Source: Glaucostegus cemiculus | Lineage: Eukaryota | Length of the DNA stretch: 64,000 nt | NCBI GenBank assembly: GCA_976551045.1 | Contig: CDPCPM010000353.1 | Coordinates: 4,774,001 to 4,838,000 of the forward strand | Reading direction: 5' to 3' | In this document: positions 27,061 through 38,888 of the stretch, one piece after another | How positions within the stretch are numbered: position 1 is the stretch's first letter | How the letters are laid out: each line of letters begins with the position of its first letter | The notes under the pieces: generated by a model | What the model saw: only the letters and a program-made list of their open reading frames with translations | The model's database searches: none | Told to the model about the DNA's origin: nothing | Made by a program: the position numbers and the translations under genes

Positions 27061-28534
27061 TGATTTTACTTCTCGTTTTATACATTCTTCATTTTCAATA
27101 GCAAATCCCTCCTTGTTGGACTTTGTACATATTAGTTTAAAAGGTCCTGTATGATTCCAGGAAATCTATTCTTTTGATGTAAAGTCTTAACCCAAAACAT
27201 CAACGTACATATTTTGCCTCCACAGATGCTGCTCAACCTGCTGAGTCCTTCCAGCATTCTGTTTCTTTTTCCATTCCCCTGGAGTTGGGCTGCTAATTCA
27301 AAAGTGTGGAGATGAGCAGGGATTTTAGCTTTTACGAGTTGGATTACTTTATTTAACATATGCTCTGTTAATATTTTAAATGTATGCATTTCAATACTCA
27401 CTACATCATCCAATGTCAAGTCCACATGTTCATTTCCCTGGTAAATATAGAGGCGAAAGAATGTAATATTTTTGTCATCTTCTGATGTACACATTGTCTA
27501 ATTTCTCTTTATCAGACGAAGGGTCTTTGATCTGAAACATTAACTCTTTCTCTCACCAACACTTTTTTTATATAGATTTCCAGAACCCACAGCTTTTATC
27601 TGCTTGGCTTATTTCTTCTGTTCAATTCACATCAAGACAAATGTTATCCTTCATTCCTTTATTATAATTCTGCTTTTTTTTTAAACTTAATTCCTCAATT
27701 TGGCTATGGTTCTTCCACAATTGTACACCACACCAACTCATGTGCTGTGGATAATTGATCACGTGCAGGCAGATAGTTTAGTTTGGCTTCATGGTCGGCA
27801 CACACATTGTGGCCAAAGGGCTTGTTCCTTTGTTGTACTGTTCTATGTTCCAGCATTATTGCTTCCATTTTTCACAATAAATACTACTATTCTGCCTCCC
27901 CTTTCTCTCTCTATCATTTCTAAATAAGTTATACCATACAATGTCTATTTCCCAGTCTTGTTTCTTCTGTAACTATTTCTCACTAATTTTTGATTTCTCC
28001 CAATGTATGATTGCCTTTAATACTCATGTTTTATTAATGCCACCACATGCAATGTTTTATCAACAGTCCACCTCATCTTTAATGGGATTTCCTGTCGATT
28101 TTTGGTTAATCATCTTCTGAGACTCTTGTGATGGAAATCAATCTGATCACTTGCCATGAATGTCTTCTATTACACTATTCTTTCATATGCTTTTTACTTG
28201 TTCTGTTTATAATTAGGCTGCTTATGTCTCTTGCAGATCCCTTCCCCTGCTAGTTTACCTCCTCCCTGTTTATCTTCTCTGCTTCAGCCCAAGTCCAATC
28301 CCACCACATCTGCACTGCCCCTTCCAGTGTCAGGTCTGCTGTCAGAGCCCTATGAAAAAGGTACACCACCACCAGTCCTATATTTTTTGTTCTCCAGATC
28401 TGCTTTCTTCTAAGGCAATTTATGTATGGCTCAAGCAGTAACGCAGAGATCACCACCCTCTAGGTCATACTTTGCAATTTAGAACTAAACTCCTGACATT
28501 CTTTCAGCAGGACATCCCCTCTATACCCACAAAC

Positions 28535-29440
28535 ATGTCAGAGTCATATAGCATGGAACCAGGTCTTTCAGCCCAACTCTCCAAGCCAACCAATATCCCC
28601 GTCCAAGCTGGCCCCATTTACCCGCCTTTGACCCATAACCCTCTAAACCTTCCTTAACCATGTACCTGTCCAACTGTCTTTTAAAGTTTGTTATTGTACC
28701 AGCTAAACCACTTCCTCTGGCAGCTCACTGCACAAACGTAATACCTTCTAAAAAAAAAGTTGCCCCTTCAAATTCCTATTGAATCTTTCCCCTCTCACCT
28801 TAAACCTATGCCCTCTAGTTCTTGATTCCCTAACCCTGGGATAAAGCCCAACTGCATTCACCCTATCTGTGCCCCTCATGATTTTATACAGCTCTGTAAA
28901 GTCACCTCTCAGTCTCCTACGCTACAAGGAAAAAGTCCTAGCCTGTCCAACCTCTCCCGATAAATCAGTCCCTTAAGTCCTGGCAACATCCTTGTAAATC
29001 TTTTCCGCACTCTTTCCAGTTTGATAACATTTTTTCTATAGCAAGGTAACCAAAACTGAACACAATGCTCCAAGTGCAACCTCACCAGCATCTTCTACAA
29101 CCAAACCATCACCTCCAAACTTCTATACACAGTGACTGATAAAGGTCAGTGTGCCAAAAGCCTTCTTCACCACCCTGTCTACCTGTGATTCCACTTTCAG
29201 AGGACCATCTACCTCCTCCAAGGTCCCTCTGCTCTATAACACCTCCCAAGGGCCTTATCATTCATTGTGAAAGTCCCACCTTGATTTGACTTTCCAAAAT
29301 GCAACACTTCACACTTATCTGAATTAAATTCCATTCGTCTCTTTACACAGCTGATCAAGATCCCCCTATAATTTTTGATAACCTTCTTTACTGTGGATGA
29401 TGCCACCTACTTTAGTGTCATCTACCATGAAAATTTTAAC
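28535..29440 (-). mobile_element. CR1 LINE 3' fragment
   Basis: ORFs 29209-29406 (MEFNSDKCEVLHFGKSN) and 28909-29091 (LVRLHLEHCVQFWLP...FTRMLPGL). Confidence 0.9.
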
Positions 29441-29992
29441 ATGGACCATGACAACTGGATATATATCCTCGCTTTCCAAGTTCTCGAGCTGCCAGGGATA
29501 TCCCTTTCTCTAGCATCAGTGAGGCAACACCCCCCACCCCCCGGAAGTCTTGACCTTGGCTTCAGAAAATGTTATCTATCCCCCCAAATTACCAAGATCG
29601 CTATCACTAGGGTGGCACAGTGGTGCAGTAAGTAGAGCCAATGCCTCACAGCACCAGACACCATGGTACAATCCAAAGGATTTTGCACATTCTCCCCGTG
29701 GTCACATGGGTTTCCTCGCCAATCCCATAGACGTGCAGGTTGGTTGTTTAATTGGCCACTGTAAATTGCCCCAAATGTGAGGGGGAGTAGCAGAATCTGG
29801 GGATAGTGGATGAGAATGTGAAGATTAAAAAAAGATTAGAGGATGTGTAAATGGGTAGTTGATGGTTGGCGTCGACTGGATGGCTCATTTCCATGCTGTC
29901 TCTCACCAAGACTACGACTTCCATATTTCTCTTATTCTCAAGGGACTCATTTGACCCATCGAGTTTACACCAGCTCTTGGGGCAATCCCATT

Positions 29993-30328
29993 AAGATGCA
30001 GGTGCCTGAGGACATGTACCACCAGGCTTAAGGACAGCTTCTACCCCACTGTGATAAGACTATTGAACGGTTTCCTTATACAATGAGATGGACTATGGCC
30101 TCAAGATCTACCTTGTTGTGAACTTGCACCTTATTGCACTGCACTTTCTCTGTAGCTGTGACACTTTAATCTGTACTGTTATTGTTTTTACCTGCACTAT
30201 CTCAATGCACTCTGTACTAACTCAATGTAACTGCACTGTGTAATGAATTGACCTGTACGATCGGTTTACAAGACAAGCTTTTCACCATACCTCGGTACAA
30301 GTGACAATAATAAACCAATACCAATACT
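29993..30328 (+). mobile_element. Second Rex1-like family 3' fragment with (CCAATA)n tail, apparently nested in a SINE
   Basis: Encodes RTCTTRLKDSFYPTVIRLLN; 3' UTR GTACAAGTGACAATAATAAACCAATACCAATAC. Related pieces at ~10660-10862, ~35455-35607, ~45118-45350. Confidence 0.75.
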
Positions 30329-31849
30329 ATTTCTTCTCTCTCATGTCCATTATCTGGACTGTACCGTCACCCACCTGCACCAGGGGGGAATTTACAGTTG
30401 ACAATTAACTCATCAAACAACTCACCTTTGGGAAAAAAAATGGAGCACCCAGGGAAAACACTCACAATGAAAAAAATACGCAAATTCTACACAAGCGGTA
30501 TTGGAGGTCAGCATTCAACTTACAACTACCTGGTTCACCACTGCGCCATCCCCTCAGAGAGCTTTCTGAGCCACTGTGCCTTGGTTGGCGCAGTGACTAT
30601 CTACTTTGCAGTCATTCACCCAGTGTTTTGTCAGTGAGAAGTTCATCATGACCTCTCCAATTGTCTTGTACTGGTTTTCTGCACACCTCTGGAAATAATT
30701 TCCACTATCAAATACCACCCTTCACCCCCTGGTTAGCAGCCCCCACTGTTCCATAATCTCCAGCTTCTTCCCAGGTATGATGGCAGCCCCCTTCCCTCTT
30801 CTTCTCTCCCAGGATCTGGCAGCATCCAAAACCTTTTCCCAACACACAGCCCCTCTCATCCAAGGGGTCTGGTGCCAACTGTACCTTCTCCCCAAAGTCT
30901 GTAGAAACATCCACTCCCCTCACCCTCAGGCTTTACCAGCGTCTCCCACTCACCATTCCAGACTTCCAGCCCTCATGCCACCCATTCACCCACCTCATTC
31001 CCAAGATGACATAACAGTATCAGGTTGACTTTGGCCCCACTCTCCTCACACCACACCAACATTCCTTTGACCCTACTGCCTCACAGGGTCTCAAGATCTC
31101 CATTCCCTGCTGTTTCCCATAATTGCTCAGATCCTAACTCTCCCCTGACCACCTACATTTCTCCTACCCCCCTACAGTCCCCTGAACCCCATTATCCTCA
31201 AACAACCAGCTATCTCAACCCAGATTCCAAATCTCCTTCCTCAACCAGCCAACTCTCCCACTGGTTCCTCCTCCCCGCCAAACTACCTCTAGTCCTTGAT
31301 TCTCATTCCATCTGAACAAATTGGCATTTTCACTGATTCCTACTCTTCCACCAGCCTCTAACCCTTTTCCTTCTTCCCTTAATCTACAGGGCATCGCTGC
31401 TCCATTATCCCCACTGACCATTTGTTTCCCATTCTACAGGTCACCTCTTCCCCCTTCCCCAGTCCATGCTTCACATCGCCCCCGCCTGTCTCTGGACCTT
31501 CTCCCCTCCTCTCCTACTTCACGCCTCACCCTCTGATCCCCAGTACACACCTCGCCCTCCAGTCATTGAACCCCGATACACTCTTTTCACCTCCTCCATC
31601 CCGATTCCCTCCTCCCCTTCCCCTCCTGGGTCCTCTTCCCCCAGTCTCCTGGTCCCCCCTTCTCCTCGTTCCCCCTGGTTCCCACTGTCCCCTTTCGGTC
31701 CTCCTCCCCTCGTTCCCTGGTTCCACCCTTCACTTCCCCCATCCCCTCTTCCCCTGGTCCTCCCTTTCCCTCGGTCCCCCTAGTCCCCCTTCCGCTCTTC
31801 CCCCTGGTCTCCCCCTCTTCCCCCCAGTCCCCCATCCCCTCTATTATGC

Positions 31850-33063
31850 CAGGACCCCCTCACCCCAGTCCCTCCTCCCCCGGGTCCCCCCTCCCCCTGG
31901 TCCCCTCGGTCCCCCCTCCCCCTGATCCCCCCGGTCCCTCTCCCCCAGGTCCCCTCGGTCCCCCCTCCCCCCGGTCCCTCTCCCCCTGGTCCCCCGGGTC
32001 CCTCTCCCCCAGGTCCCCTCGGTCCCCCCTCCCCCCGGTCCCTCTCCCCCTGGTCCCCTCGGTCCCCCCTCCCCCCGGTTCCCCCTCCCCCTGATCCCTT
32101 CGGTCCCCCCTCCCCCTGATCCCTCTCCCCCCTGGTCCCCCCGGTCCCTCTCCCCCTGGTCCCCTCGGTCCCCCCCTCCCCCCGGTCCCCCCTCCCCCCG
32201 GTCCCCTCAGTCCCCTCTCCCCCCCGGTCCCTCTCCCCCTGGTCCCCTCGGTCCCCCCTCCCCCCGGTCCCTCTCCCCCTGATCCCCTCGGTCCCCCCTC
32301 CCCCTGATCCCCTCGGTCCCCGGTCCCTCTCCCCCCTGGTCCCCTCGGTCCCCCCTCCCCCCGGTCCCTCTCCCCCTGATCCCTTCGGTCCCCCCTCCCC
32401 CTGATCCCTCTCCCCCCTGGTCCCCCCAGTCCCTCTCCCCCTGGTCCCCTCGGTCCCCCCTCCCCCCGGTCCCTCTCCCCCCTGGTCCCCCCGGTCCCTC
32501 TCCCCCTGGTCCCCTCGGTCCCCCCTCCCCCCGGTCCCCCTCCCCCCTGGTCCCCTCGGTCCCCCCTCCCCCCGGTCCCCCTCCCCCCTGGTCCCCTCGG
32601 TCCCCCCTCCCCCCGGTCCCCCCTCCCCCCGGTCCCTCTCCCCCCCGGTCCCCTCAGTCCCCCCGGTCCCTCTCCCCCTGGTCCCCTCGGTCCCCCCTCC
32701 CCCCGGTCCCCCCTCCCCCTGATCCCCTCGGTCCCCGGTCCCTCTCCCCCCTGGTCCCCTCGGTCCCCCCTCTCCCTGGTCCCCCCTCCCCCCGGTCCCC
32801 CCTATCCCCTCGGTCCCCCCCTCCCCCCGGTCCCTCTCCCCCCCGGTCCCCTCGGTCCCCCCTCCCCCCGATCCCCCCTATCCCCTCGGTCCCCCCTCCC
32901 CCCGATCCCCCCTATCCCCTCGGTCCCCCCTCCCCCCGGTCCCCCCCTCCCCTCGGTCCCCTCGGTCCCCCCTCCCCCGGGTCCCTCTCCCCCCCGGTCC
33001 CCCTCCCCTGACCCCCCTCCCCTGATCCCCCCCCCCGGTCCCCCTCCCCTGACCCCCCCCCCC
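31850..33063 (-). repeat. G-rich (minus strand) compound minisatellite/VNTR, G-quadruplex prone
   Basis: + strand built from GGTCCCCTC / GGTCCCCCCTCCCCCC / GGTCCCTCTCCCCCT modules for ~1.2 kb, preceded by an imperfect C-rich tract from ~30.9 kb. Confidence 0.95.
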
Positions 33064-33360
33064 GCGCTAGCCGGCCCCCCGTTCCGCGGCCCCCGGGTAC
33101 CTGGCGGCGAGCGGCGGGGACGCGGCCTGGCTGCGGGGCGACGGGCTGCACCCCAGCACCCGCTGCCTCACCTCCACCGGGACAGCGGAAACCCGCCCCC
33201 GAGCCTGACGGGAACTGTAGTTCCCTATCGTCGCACCTGCGCAAACGGAAGAGACCCGTGAACTACAATTCCCGGCATGCTTCTCGCCCCCACGCTCTCT
33301 CTCTCTCTCCGCCTCCGTATCCTTCCGCCCATGCGGAAGTAGTGAGGGAGGGTTGGCGAG
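33061..33360. promoter_or_regulatory. CpG-island promoter with two divergent ZNF143/THAP11 (SBS/ACTACA) motifs, ETS/GABPA sites and GC boxes
   Basis: Dense CpG. ACTACAATTCCCGGCATGC at 33262-33280 (+); GGGAACTGTAGTTCCC at 33210-33225 reads ACTACAGTTCCC on -; CGGAAG ~33246; GCGGAAGT ~33333; CCGCCC boxes ~33193 and ~33325; TGCGCA at 33238. TATA-less housekeeping architecture. Confidence 0.85.
33172..33215 (-). other. Putative first (non-coding) exon of a minus-strand transcript
   Basis: Strong donor GAG|GTGAGG (exon end 33172) just downstream of the promoter motifs; alternative donor CAG|GTACCC at 33101. G-skew on the minus strand downstream supports this direction. TSS position is estimated. 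Confidence 0.6.
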
Positions 33361-33574
33361 GGAGTAAATCGGCCTGAAACGTCAATCTTTTGTTTCACAG
33401 AAACGATTTAGAAATTAAAGTGTTCAGGGAGGCAATAAAAGTTTGTCTATCAAAAACATGAAACTTGCAATTGCGTTGGACTTTCATGTTCCTTGTAGCA
33501 CTTCTAAGAGTGTTTTCAAGCGAATGTATATTTTTAAAGTGGCATTACTTACTTTTTTAATATTTAAGTCAGGA

Positions 33575-34960
33575 CCTTGGCTTTGCCAGCAATGTAAGTG
33601 TTTTTATTGCCCATCTCTAATTGCCTTTCAGAAGGCAGTGTGTGCACCCACCGGAAAGCACTGCAGGTTTTCAGGTGAAGGTACTCTCACAGTGCTGTTG
33701 CGTCAAACGTTCCACCACTTAGAGCAGCGACAATGTATTTCCAAGTCAAGATCGCGAGCAATTTGCAGGGGAACGTGGTAGGTGTTCACGTGCCACCCTC
33801 CTTCGTGGTGGAAGAGGTTGTGGGTTTGCAAAGTGTCATTGGAATTTCCTGGACTGAGGCGCAAATGCTACGCGCTGAAGCCCACTGGGTGCCAGGGATG
33901 GAGGGAATCAATGGTTGGAGTGGTTGATGGGGTGCCAGTCAAGCAGCCTTCTTCATACTGGTTGGTGTCAAGCTTCTTGAGAGTTATTGGCGTTGTGGTC
34001 ACCCCTACAAGTGGTCACACTCCTGACCTGTGTCTTGTAGGTGGTGGAAAGACCTTGGGGTGTCAGGAGGTTCTTTTAAGTTCCCAGTCATGGTGATCCC
34101 CAGGATTTTTTAATTTTAATTTTAATTTTATTTACAGCATGGTAACCGGCCCTTTCGGCCCTCCGAGTCCACGCCGCCCATTTTAACTTGATGGTGGGAT
34201 TCTCAGTGACTCTAATGCCATTGATGGTAATGTCATTGAATGTCAGTGGTGGTTAGATAACACAAATTAGATTGCCTCATGTTGGAAATAGTCATTGTCT
34301 TACAATTTTTTTGGAGCAAATATTTCTTGTTTCTCATCAGCCCATGTCTGCATGCAGTCTGGGTGTTGTTAGGGTTTTGCTGCATGCAGACACAGGCTGT
34401 TTCATTTTCTAAGGAATTGTGAATGGAACTGAATATTGTGCAGCATTAGTGGCCATCCCCACGTTTGACGTTATGATGGAAGGAAGGTCGTTGACTAAGC
34501 AGCTGGCTGGGCCTGAGACAGTATCCTGAAGAACTCCCACAGTATTGTCCTGGGACTGGAAGAATTGACCTCTCACAATCACACCCAGTTTCCCCTTGTG
34601 TGAAGTTTGACTCCAATCACTGGAGTATTTTCTCTGTGAGAGTGGAATGAATGACTAGTAATTGGCTAGCTAGGGGTGTGCTTTGTTTTTTGTGATGATT
34701 ACATACCTGGGCAACTTTCCACATTATTAGCTAGAACAGCACAACTAAAGCTGGAGTTGGTCTCCTCACTGCTATAGGTGAAATGTTTAGACCCATAGCA
34801 TTTGCTATATCCAGTACTCCCAGCCCTTTCTTGATATCATGTGTTGATTGAATTGGCTGGAGGCTGCCTTCTGGGGTAATGGGAACTGCAGGAGGAAACA
34901 TAGGTGAATCATCTATTTGACACTTCTGGCTAAGCCACTTCTGGTTGCAGAATGTGTGGC
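33575..34960 (-). mobile_element. Second copy of the same ancient LINE family
   Basis: Colinear similarity to 6690-8200 (e.g. GATGATGCCCCCAGGATG vs GGTGATCCCCAGGAT; GGGCAATTTTCCACATT vs GGGCAACTTTCCACATT). A third piece lies at ~37100-37440. Confidence 0.7.
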
Positions 34961-35054
34961 AGTCAATTTGCACCCCGTAAACTTGCATGAAACAACGTTG
35001 TAAAAATGACAAGATTTTACTGATGTTGGCCAAGACACTGAAGAGAATGTCCAT

Positions 35055-35455
35055 GTTCTTCCTCATAATCCTCTTCTTGGGATTGAGAATGACTTGCCTC
35101 CACTCCAGTTCGTTGCTTTCTGGGATGAGGCCTATTTGGGAACTATGGACTCAATTCAGGAACTACAGACGTCAGATTAGGCAGAGGTGCCTGGCAGGAT
35201 GGGTGGATGGGTAGTTTGTGAGCTGATTTACCCTTGTCATTTATGTTGACCTTCCATGTGCTCCCAGTGCAAGGACTCCAGGTTCTCACTCCTGTCCCAA
35301 ATGCTCTGTCTTCACTTTGAAGAGTCATGGGTCCGGGATTCCCAGGAGTCAGTGAGGATATTGCCTTTATTCAAACCTCAAGAATATTTTCAAATCTTTT
35401 CTTCTGTCTGTCTGATAATCTCTTCCCTTAACAGAGTTTGAATAATAGTGTCTGC
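35055..35455 (-). mobile_element. RTE-clade LINE 3' end
   Basis: Minus strand reads GKRLSDRQKKRF...GNILTDSWESRTHD...SIWD, like an RTE ORF C-terminus. Confidence 0.65.
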
Positions 35456-35609
35456 TAGCTGTTACACATTATTCTGCATTCTCTTATTGTTTTACCTTGT
35501 ACTGCCCCAATGCACTGTTGTAATGAATTGATCTGTATGAACGGTACACAAGACAAGTTTTTCACTGTATATGTGACGATAATAAACCAATTCCAATACC
35601 AATTCCGAT

Positions 35610-36460
35610 AAAAGCTCTATAATGTCTGGAAAACATGGCGCTGGGAGCAGGTAGTATCCCTGCTGAATTTCTAAATCTCTGCGGTGAGGAGCTTCAGGCA
35701 CAAACCCACAACCTCATCATTCACATTTGGGAAGAAGAAGAAATCCCAGCAGGTTCACAGAGATGCTGTGATCATGACCATCTTTCAAGGAAGGAGACAA
35801 GTCCGACTGCAGTAACCACAGTGGGGCCTGGCTGCTCTCTGTCACAGGGAAAGTCATCACGAGGGCCCTCCTCAACCTCCTCCCCGTGGCTGAAGATTTG
35901 TTCTCTGAATGGCAGTGTGGATTCCGTTCACCTATAAGCACATTGGACATGATCTTTACCACACTACATCTACTAGGGAACTGCGGAGAGCATCACCAAC
36001 CACAGTACATAACTCCACAAAAACTTTTGAGTTGTCATTTGGGAAGAGACTTTAGAACACCCTGCTCAGATTTTGCAGCCTGCAGAAATTCATCTCCCCT
36101 GTTACATTTGCTTCATGATTGGCAATCAAGCCAGAACCCATGGGTGCACAAAGAGCCATTCTCAATAAAAGCTAGTGTAGAGCAAGGTTGTGTCATTGTG
36201 TCAACATACACGTCACCTCAAACAAGCCTCCTGCTGGAGTGCAGCTCATTTAGAGGACTAATAGAAACTACTCAACCTGTGGGGCTTATACTCCGGCAGT
36301 GATGTCACCCCAACCTCAGTAATCGAGTTGCAACTTGCAAATGATACTTATGTTTGCACACATACAGAGGCTGAACTCCAAATCATCGATGACTCATTCA
36401 CTGAAGGATAAGAGAGATCAGGCCCTGCACCCAGCATCCACACAACACAAGTCATTCATC
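35610..36460 (+). mobile_element. RTE-clade LINE RT remnant
   Basis: Frameshifted translation gives GAGSIPAEFL...IIHIWEEEEIP...DAVIMTIF..GDKSDCSN...GKVITRALLN...EWQCGFRSPISTLDMIFT...VEQGCVI, typical of RTE RT. Confidence 0.8.
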
Positions 36461-36919
36461 GCAATATTGTAATTGGATCTTACGCCTAAAATAGATAGCT
36501 ATAAATATCAAGGAAGCATGTTCAGATTTTTCATTCGTTGGACGTGTGCATGATCGGCAATGTTGGAAGTTGTGCCCATCTCATTCCAAAGATGTATGGG
36601 TTAGGAATTTGTGGGCATGCTATGGTTTCGCTGGAAGTCTGACAACACTTGCCGGCTGCCCCCAGAACACTACTCAGAAGATACATTTCACTGTGTGTTT
36701 CAATGTACACATACACATCTTTTACCTTAATACCTTGGATAGGGACATGTTCAGCACAGCTTTGTGGGCCGAAGGGCCTGAATTGTGCTGTATGTTTTTC
36801 TATGTTTCTATGTTTAATTGCCCCTGAGCAGATTGTCATGAACTGTTATAACCTTGTGTTGCAGGTGGCTGAAAACTGTGAGAGGATAACCCAGTGTCAA
36901 AGAAATTACAAAAAAGCAA

Positions 36920-37095
36920 AACAAAAAACAAGCTGCTGGAGCAAGTCGGCACGTCAGGCGGCATCTGTGGAGGCAAGGGGATAGCCAGCATTTTGGGTCG
37001 AGATCCTGCATCAGGACTAGGAGTGTAAGCGGGAGATGGACAGTATAAAGCGGTGATGGGAAGGGGTGAGGCAGGAGCTGGTGAGTGATAAGTGG
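36920..37095 (-). repeat. Penelope pseudo-LTR fragment
   Basis: CTGCTGGAGCAAGTCGGCACGTCAGGCGGCATCTGTGGAGG...GGGTCGAGATCCTGCATCAGGAC is the reverse of 61780-61930. Similar pieces at ~27170-27270, 39242-39305, 49232-49345, 50112-50515. Confidence 0.7.
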
Positions 37096-37509
37096 AACAA
37101 CAACAGTATTCCAAGTCAAGTCTATGGAAGGGAAGTCGGAAGCGGTGGTGTTTCCATGCTCCTGTCCTTGTGCCCTTAAGTGATGGAGGTGATGGGTTTT
37201 GGAAATGCTGTTAAGGAAGCCTGAGTGCGTAATATCAGAGCATGCACTCCAGCATCAAAGGGCGGAAGAAGAGAATGTTTAGGTGGTGAATGAGGTAGGA
37301 ATTAACCAGGTCTCTACTCACCTGGGGGTTGTTGAAACTGATGCAGGCAAGTAGAGGTTAGTAATATCACAGATGTTGGAAATAGTTGGGAAATCAGTAG
37401 GTGGAGTCACTCACCAATTCTCCGACCTGCTCCTGTATTTTCAGGTATCGCAGATCAGTACCAATCCCACAGATAAAACCGCAGCAACTACCTTTATTGT
37501 TCCAAAAAA

Positions 37510-38510
37510 ACATCCCACAGGACTGCACAGGAGTTCGATGGAACAAAAACTGACGCTGAGCCAAAAAAAGGAGACCTTAGTTCAGATGATCCTCGTCTTG
37601 GTCATGGAGGTGGGTTTCAAGGATAGTCTGAAAGGAAGAAAGAGGAAGAGAGACGGAGAGATTTGGGAAGGAATTCCAAGGCTTAGAGCTTTGTCAGCTG
37701 AAGGTACTCCCACCAATGACTGAACAACTGGGGACTGTCTAGTGGTTAGACAAGGAGGAGTGTAGATATGTTGGTGGGGATTGTGGCTGTGTGGTTAGCG
37801 AGCCAGAGAAGATTAGAGGAGGTGAGACTGGGAAGGATTGGAAAGCGCATGATGAGAATTTAATATTGATATGTTCTAATATATAATATTTCTTTAGTGG
37901 AAGCCTATGTACATCAGCAAGCGCAGGGAAAATGGGTGAGGGATTTGGTTGATAGTTCAGGGAATAGTGTGAGGGAGGACAGACATGAATGCATAGGGTT
38001 AATCAACTCCAGAGGCAATGATGCCACGGGACCATATTTTGGCAGCAGATGACCTGAAGCGAGGCTAGAATCAAACAACGTTCCAGGAGCGCAAAACAGG
38101 TGATCAGATACAAGGTCCAAACAATCTCCAAACGGGACGTTGAGATTGTGGACGGTCTGGTTCTATTTCGGAGAGGTACTACAGAGAGGGAACAGAGTTT
38201 GTCACAGTATCCAAATTTCTGATCATCCAATACACAGTCAAGCATAGAGGCTGACAACTTAGAGAGAATGGAGGGTTCAAGAGTGATGTGGCTGAGGATT
38301 CCTGGTGTCAACAGTGCACACGTGGAAACCAACACCATGTTTTCTGATGATGTTTGCAGAGGAGGAACACGTGGAAGTAGGAGGGGATGGATTGATCCTC
38401 GAGGAACATCAGCAATAACTGTTAATTTTTGGTCAACGGGAACCTCCAAGTTGTTGATGGTTGGAGAGCTCAGCGTTGGTAATGACACTGAATGTCAGAA
38501 GGAAACTGTG
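37510..38510 (-). mobile_element. Decayed L2-like LINE
   Basis: GAGAGACGGAGAGATTTGGGAAGGAATTCCAAGGC and GGTGTCAACAGTGCAC (reverse of a YADDT-like motif) resemble fish L2 ORF2. Confidence 0.5.
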
Positions 38511-38728
38511 CCACTCTGGGCTGCACTGTGTTTTGGTTGGTAGAGCTGCTGCCTCACAGCTCAAACAACCCAATTTCAATGCTGGCCTCCAGTGCTGCCT
38601 GTCAGAAGTTAGTATGTTCTCCCTGGATGGGTTTCCATTTGATGCTTCAGTTTTCTTCTACATCCCAGAAGTGTGTGGGCTGATAGATTAATTGGCTACT
38701 GTACACTGATCCAACTGTGATGATAAGT

Positions 38729-38888
38729 NNNNNNNNNNNNNNNNNNNNNNNNNNNNNNNNNNNNNNNNNNNNNNNNNNNNNNNNNNNNNNNNNNNNNNNN
38801 NNNNNNNNNNNNNNNNNNNNNNNNNNNNNNNNNNNNNNNNNNNNNNNNNNNNNNNNNNNNNNNNNNNNNNNNNNNNNNNNNNNNNNNN
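38729..38888. other. Run of 160 N (assembly gap or mask) inside a V-SINE
   Basis: N-run; SINE V-domain on the left and SINE 3' part on the right. Confidence 0.95.

Noticed and set aside
31422-33244. Pro/Gly-rich ORFs resembling collagen or extensin
   Set aside because: Translations of the C/G-rich minisatellite; no sustained Gly-X-Y register or exon structure.
33368-33405. TCGGCCTGAAACGTCAATC next to the promoter, like the 3' half of the Penelope hammerhead motif
   Set aside because: No CUGANGA upstream and too short to distinguish from chance.
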